Position numbers and translations under genes: made by a program. From Eledone cirrhosa (taxonomy: Eukaryota): 64,000 nt of DNA. The notes beneath the pieces were generated by a model that did not search any database, was not told the origin of the DNA, and saw only the letters and a list, made by a program, of their open reading frames with translations. Location: positions 58,032,001-58,096,000 of the forward strand of contig OZ024748.1 of NCBI GenBank assembly GCA_964016885.1, in the 5' to 3' direction. This document shows positions 56,617 through 64,000 of the stretch, piece by piece; the first letter of the stretch is position 1; the number at the start of each line of letters is the position of its first letter.

Positions 56617-56732
56617 TTCCTTTGTCACTGTTGAACAAAAGCGCAACGATGGTTGCCGAATACTGTACGGCTTAATTCGGGCTGTTTGTTTACAAATAAA
56701 CCGAATATTATAATACATGTTCGGGAAACCCA

Positions 56733-60397
<3,665 letters not shown>

Positions 60398-60743
60398 GGT
60401 ATTAATATGTACGTAAATGTCTTACACTGACGTCAGTTTACATTGATTATCACTTATAGTGTTTACTGTGAAATGCAATATACATCAATCCTATGTATAG
60501 AATATTTTCCTGGTTAAAGAGGTAAGTATAACAATACAAGAAAGAAGGATATTTGACTTGGTCTAACCTAGAAGCTTGTGTTTCATCATATATCGGGAAA
60601 GTTATTGAAGTCTGATGTCGAAATTTGAACTAACAAATTTATTAGCATCGACCGTCATGTATTTCTCATATACATTCTAAATACAGGAAGGGCAATCAGG
60701 ATATAACATTTTAGCTTAGGAATTATAAGGACGTATTATAAAT

Positions 60744-60843
60744 ATAATTGTTTCTACTTTAGGCACAAGGCCAGTATTTACCCAGTGCATTACTGGTACT
60801 TTATTTTATCGATCCCGTAAGGATGAAAGGCAAAGTCAACCTC
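60744..60843 (-). mobile_element. SINE 3' half
   Basis: Reverse complement of core + tail. Confidence 0.85.
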
Positions 60844-61968
60844 CTTCCGCTACACCGTACGTTTAATATACCATATCATATGTTTATACATGTTTTCCTT
60901 ATAAATTACCATTCAATATGTTCATAAGGTTTATTTATAGTAATCCAATATTGAGCTTATTGTTTGTCGTAGAAGACAAATGGGCGGTTCTGTAGTTTGT
61001 TTGATTATATGTTGAAAACACAAAAAATGCCTATTGCTTGTCGGTTTACCTACCAAGAGAATTAATACGTAACGATACACGTCATTTATTATTACGTAAG
61101 CAAACTATTTCGCAAATATATGTCATACTTCATGATGGAAGAGACTTGCCATACTTTCCGAAATAGATTATAATATTCATATTTATTTCACCAGTATAGA
61201 ATTTAAAGAACTTTTATAATTGATTTCATTGTCTAAAACATTCTATCACATACATTTACTTGATCTATAAATATCATTTCATTGTGTCAATGTATTCACC
61301 CAAAGCAAGACAAAACTTTTATTGTTTATATTTGTCTAAGAAATATTCCCATTACTTCTATTATCAAAGGAATACACTTCCTTGTATATGATTCAAATAA
61401 AATGAATCTTATATAAGAATCTCCTTAAATATTTCTTAATTACCATTAATGATTTTCAACACAGTTCAGTAATTACAACATTTCCGTCTATTTTAAATTT
61501 TATTTGACAATCTCCCTAACTCAACGATTGAAGAGTTTTGAAAGGTCTTAAATCTCGAATCACACAGAACAAAAAATGTCTGAAATATTGAAATTAAGCA
61601 TGTTTTAATTGCCTATCATTGTCTATAAATTATATTGTTGGCAGTACATTTTACTTTAATTAATTATACGTGAGATGTTCAAAGAATAGAGTTAAAATAG
61701 ATTTTTCAATTAATACATTTCATGTTCTTTAAAAATTAATACATCTGTTCATACAGTATAACACTTTTATTTATAAGTGAGTTAATTCAATATGAGTTAC
61801 TCCAATAAATATTGTCCGAATTCCTAGATAAGTCCTTTTCTTTAGACACAAAAGAAATTTATAAAAGGAGGGACATAACATTGTATTTGATAGAAGCTAT
61901 TCATTCATTAAATTATCGAACGGCCCCTTCAGAAGAAACGTTTTGATAGCTACAACATATATCGAATT

Positions 61969-61969
<1 letters not shown>

Positions 61970-62038
<69 letters not shown>

Positions 62039-62090
62039 ACACACACACACACACATACATGCATACATACATACATACATACATACATAT
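61970..62090. repeat. (CA)n/(CATA)n microsatellite
   Basis: Direct reading. Confidence 0.95.
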
Positions 62091-62799
62091 CAAATGTGTG
62101 CGTGTACACATGTTTCATTGTTTCTTTCTGTACGTATGAATCGATTAGGTAGATATTGCGTGATTAGTTCTGTTTAAATATTTCAAGCACGAACTCGATA
62201 TTTGAAGTGAAGAAAGCCCTTTCAAAAGTTTCGAATTATTTAAAAGAAACACATGGTAAGTAATTGTACTTCAGAAATAACTTAAAGCAGTATGAGTTGA
62301 TTATGAAATATTATGATATTTCCTCAACAATATATATAAACAAATAGATGTAGTCCAGTATAATATATATGCTGGATGAATAGATGACCGCAGGTACAAA
62401 ATAGTGTTAGCATAATCATTAACTTGTATCAGTTTGAAATCTCCCAAGCTGTGTAATTGATGTCGATATCTAATATTGGTAGGAGGCAAAAGGGAATTAC
62501 ATAGTAACCAATATTGTTGAATGAAACGCTAACATTTCATTAATTGTGCTAATGGTCAACATGTCGTGATATAATTTGATTCTGCTAATCTAGATGTTAC
62601 TTCTTTTTATTTTCCTACTGTGAATACATCAGTGGATGTAATTGGTTCTCTGGAAATAATTCTGAAATATCTTGGATTAGGCATGAAATGTAGGAGCTGA
62701 ATATGGATAACGTCTCAGGTATCACTAATATAAAGCAAAAATAACGTAGGACAGAGAATGACAAAACAAATATTGTGATGCAAACCCCACATAGATTTC

Positions 62800-62901
62800 G
62801 CGGTGGGTTGACAGCACAAAGGTACGGCTCTTTACGGTCTGAATTCAAATCCAGCCAGGTTTACCTTTGCGTTTCATCCTTACGGGGTCGATAAAATAAA
62901 T
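62800..62901 (+). mobile_element. Degenerate SINE fragment
   Basis: TTTACGGTCTGAATTCAAATCC..TTTCATCCTTACGGGGTCGATAAAATAAA. Confidence 0.75.
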
Positions 62902-63317
62902 ATACTTTTAAATCTTAAAAATATACTTTTAAATCTTAAAATAAATATTCAGTTTCCAAACTAATATATTTCGGGATTTAACTTACTTTAATTCAGATAT
63001 TGTGATATATGATTAGCAGCTAGATGATATATTAGTGTTTAGATTGACGATACGTTTGTATACATTTCTATGTTGAATATGATCATGTGCTGCCGCATCA
63101 ATGCCACAAAATAATTACCATTCTTGAACTGTAAGCAATGGATAAATAATTGTTACTTTAAGAAAACATTAACTGAATCAGAATAAGCAATAATATTGCA
63201 GCGAACAGTTTATTTTTGGCTACATGTTACTTCACTGATAATACGAATCTGAATGTCGATGCTAAACATAGTTGCTATGGATATAAATTGATGAAGATTA
63301 GATTCCACCATTTTCAT

Positions 63318-63400
63318 ATAATTGTTTCTACTTTAGGCACAAGGCCAGCAATTACCCAGTGAATTACTGGTACTTTATTTTATAGACCCCGTAAGGATGA
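63318..63400 (-). mobile_element. SINE 3' fragment
   Basis: Reverse complement of tail and part of core. Confidence 0.8.
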
Positions 63401-64000
63401 GATATATATGCACACAGTTGAAGAGACCTTCATTGGGACGTACATCATATATATAAATATAATTTGCCACAGCACCTTATTTTACGCAACCTTGTGAAAT
63501 CCATATGATATATTGAATTTTCATTTCCATTGCATTATCAAGTTAAACTAGAATGAATAGGAAATAATGAAGCAGTAAATTGCAATGCGTAAATATGGCA
63601 CAATCCTATTTAATTATATCTAAGCCCACACATTTATATTGCTAATTAATTATTGAATTTCATTACTTCATTAGGATCTCAACATCCAGATGAATGAGCT
63701 CTATATACGATATACAATAATATTTGGAAGCAAATATTTCCTTAAACGATAATTCAGTAGAGCACTACAAATATAGCTAGAATACCTTTTGAGAATCTAC
63801 TGACATTAAATATAACCGCATTCAGACAGCCTGTGTGTTCACACCATATCATTCTTTACAGAAATATATTGAGTTTAGGAACCTTGTCATTTATCCCACA
63901 CTACTATCATAGTATTTGCCACGGAAATGTTATATAAATAAAGGTTATTTCGAGAAAATATGATAGAATACATCGTAATATATACATTAAGTATGGAATA

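Overview
AT-rich, repeat-saturated eukaryotic (animal) DNA. The SINE and microsatellite content suggests a cephalopod/octopus-like mollusc, which is an inference. No host gene could be supported. The only long non-artefactual ORF (16644-18587, +) is a 5'-truncated Penelope-like element (PLE) encoding reverse transcriptase plus a C-terminal GIY-YIG endonuclease, with Hydra-clade signatures (CxCx5C linker, CxxC, RxE). Two copies of a second Hydra-type family (22144-27864) and a deleted or chimeric third element (9201-10179) are also present. Many (TA)n runs are bordered by short PLE pseudo-LTR remnants from roughly ten sequence-unrelated families. These carry type I hammerhead ribozymes (several with intact cores), an asymmetric inverted-arm architecture, and a shared 3'-terminal GAGTRCY + hairpin signal. 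Also present: two tRNA-derived SINE families (one forming head-to-tail arrays), non-autonomous Helitrons, an RTE-type LINE tail, a ~640-bp-arm inverted repeat, kb-scale interrupted (TA)n arrays and a 200-N gap. All IYIY-type ORFs are microsatellite artefacts. Family labels A-D are my own.
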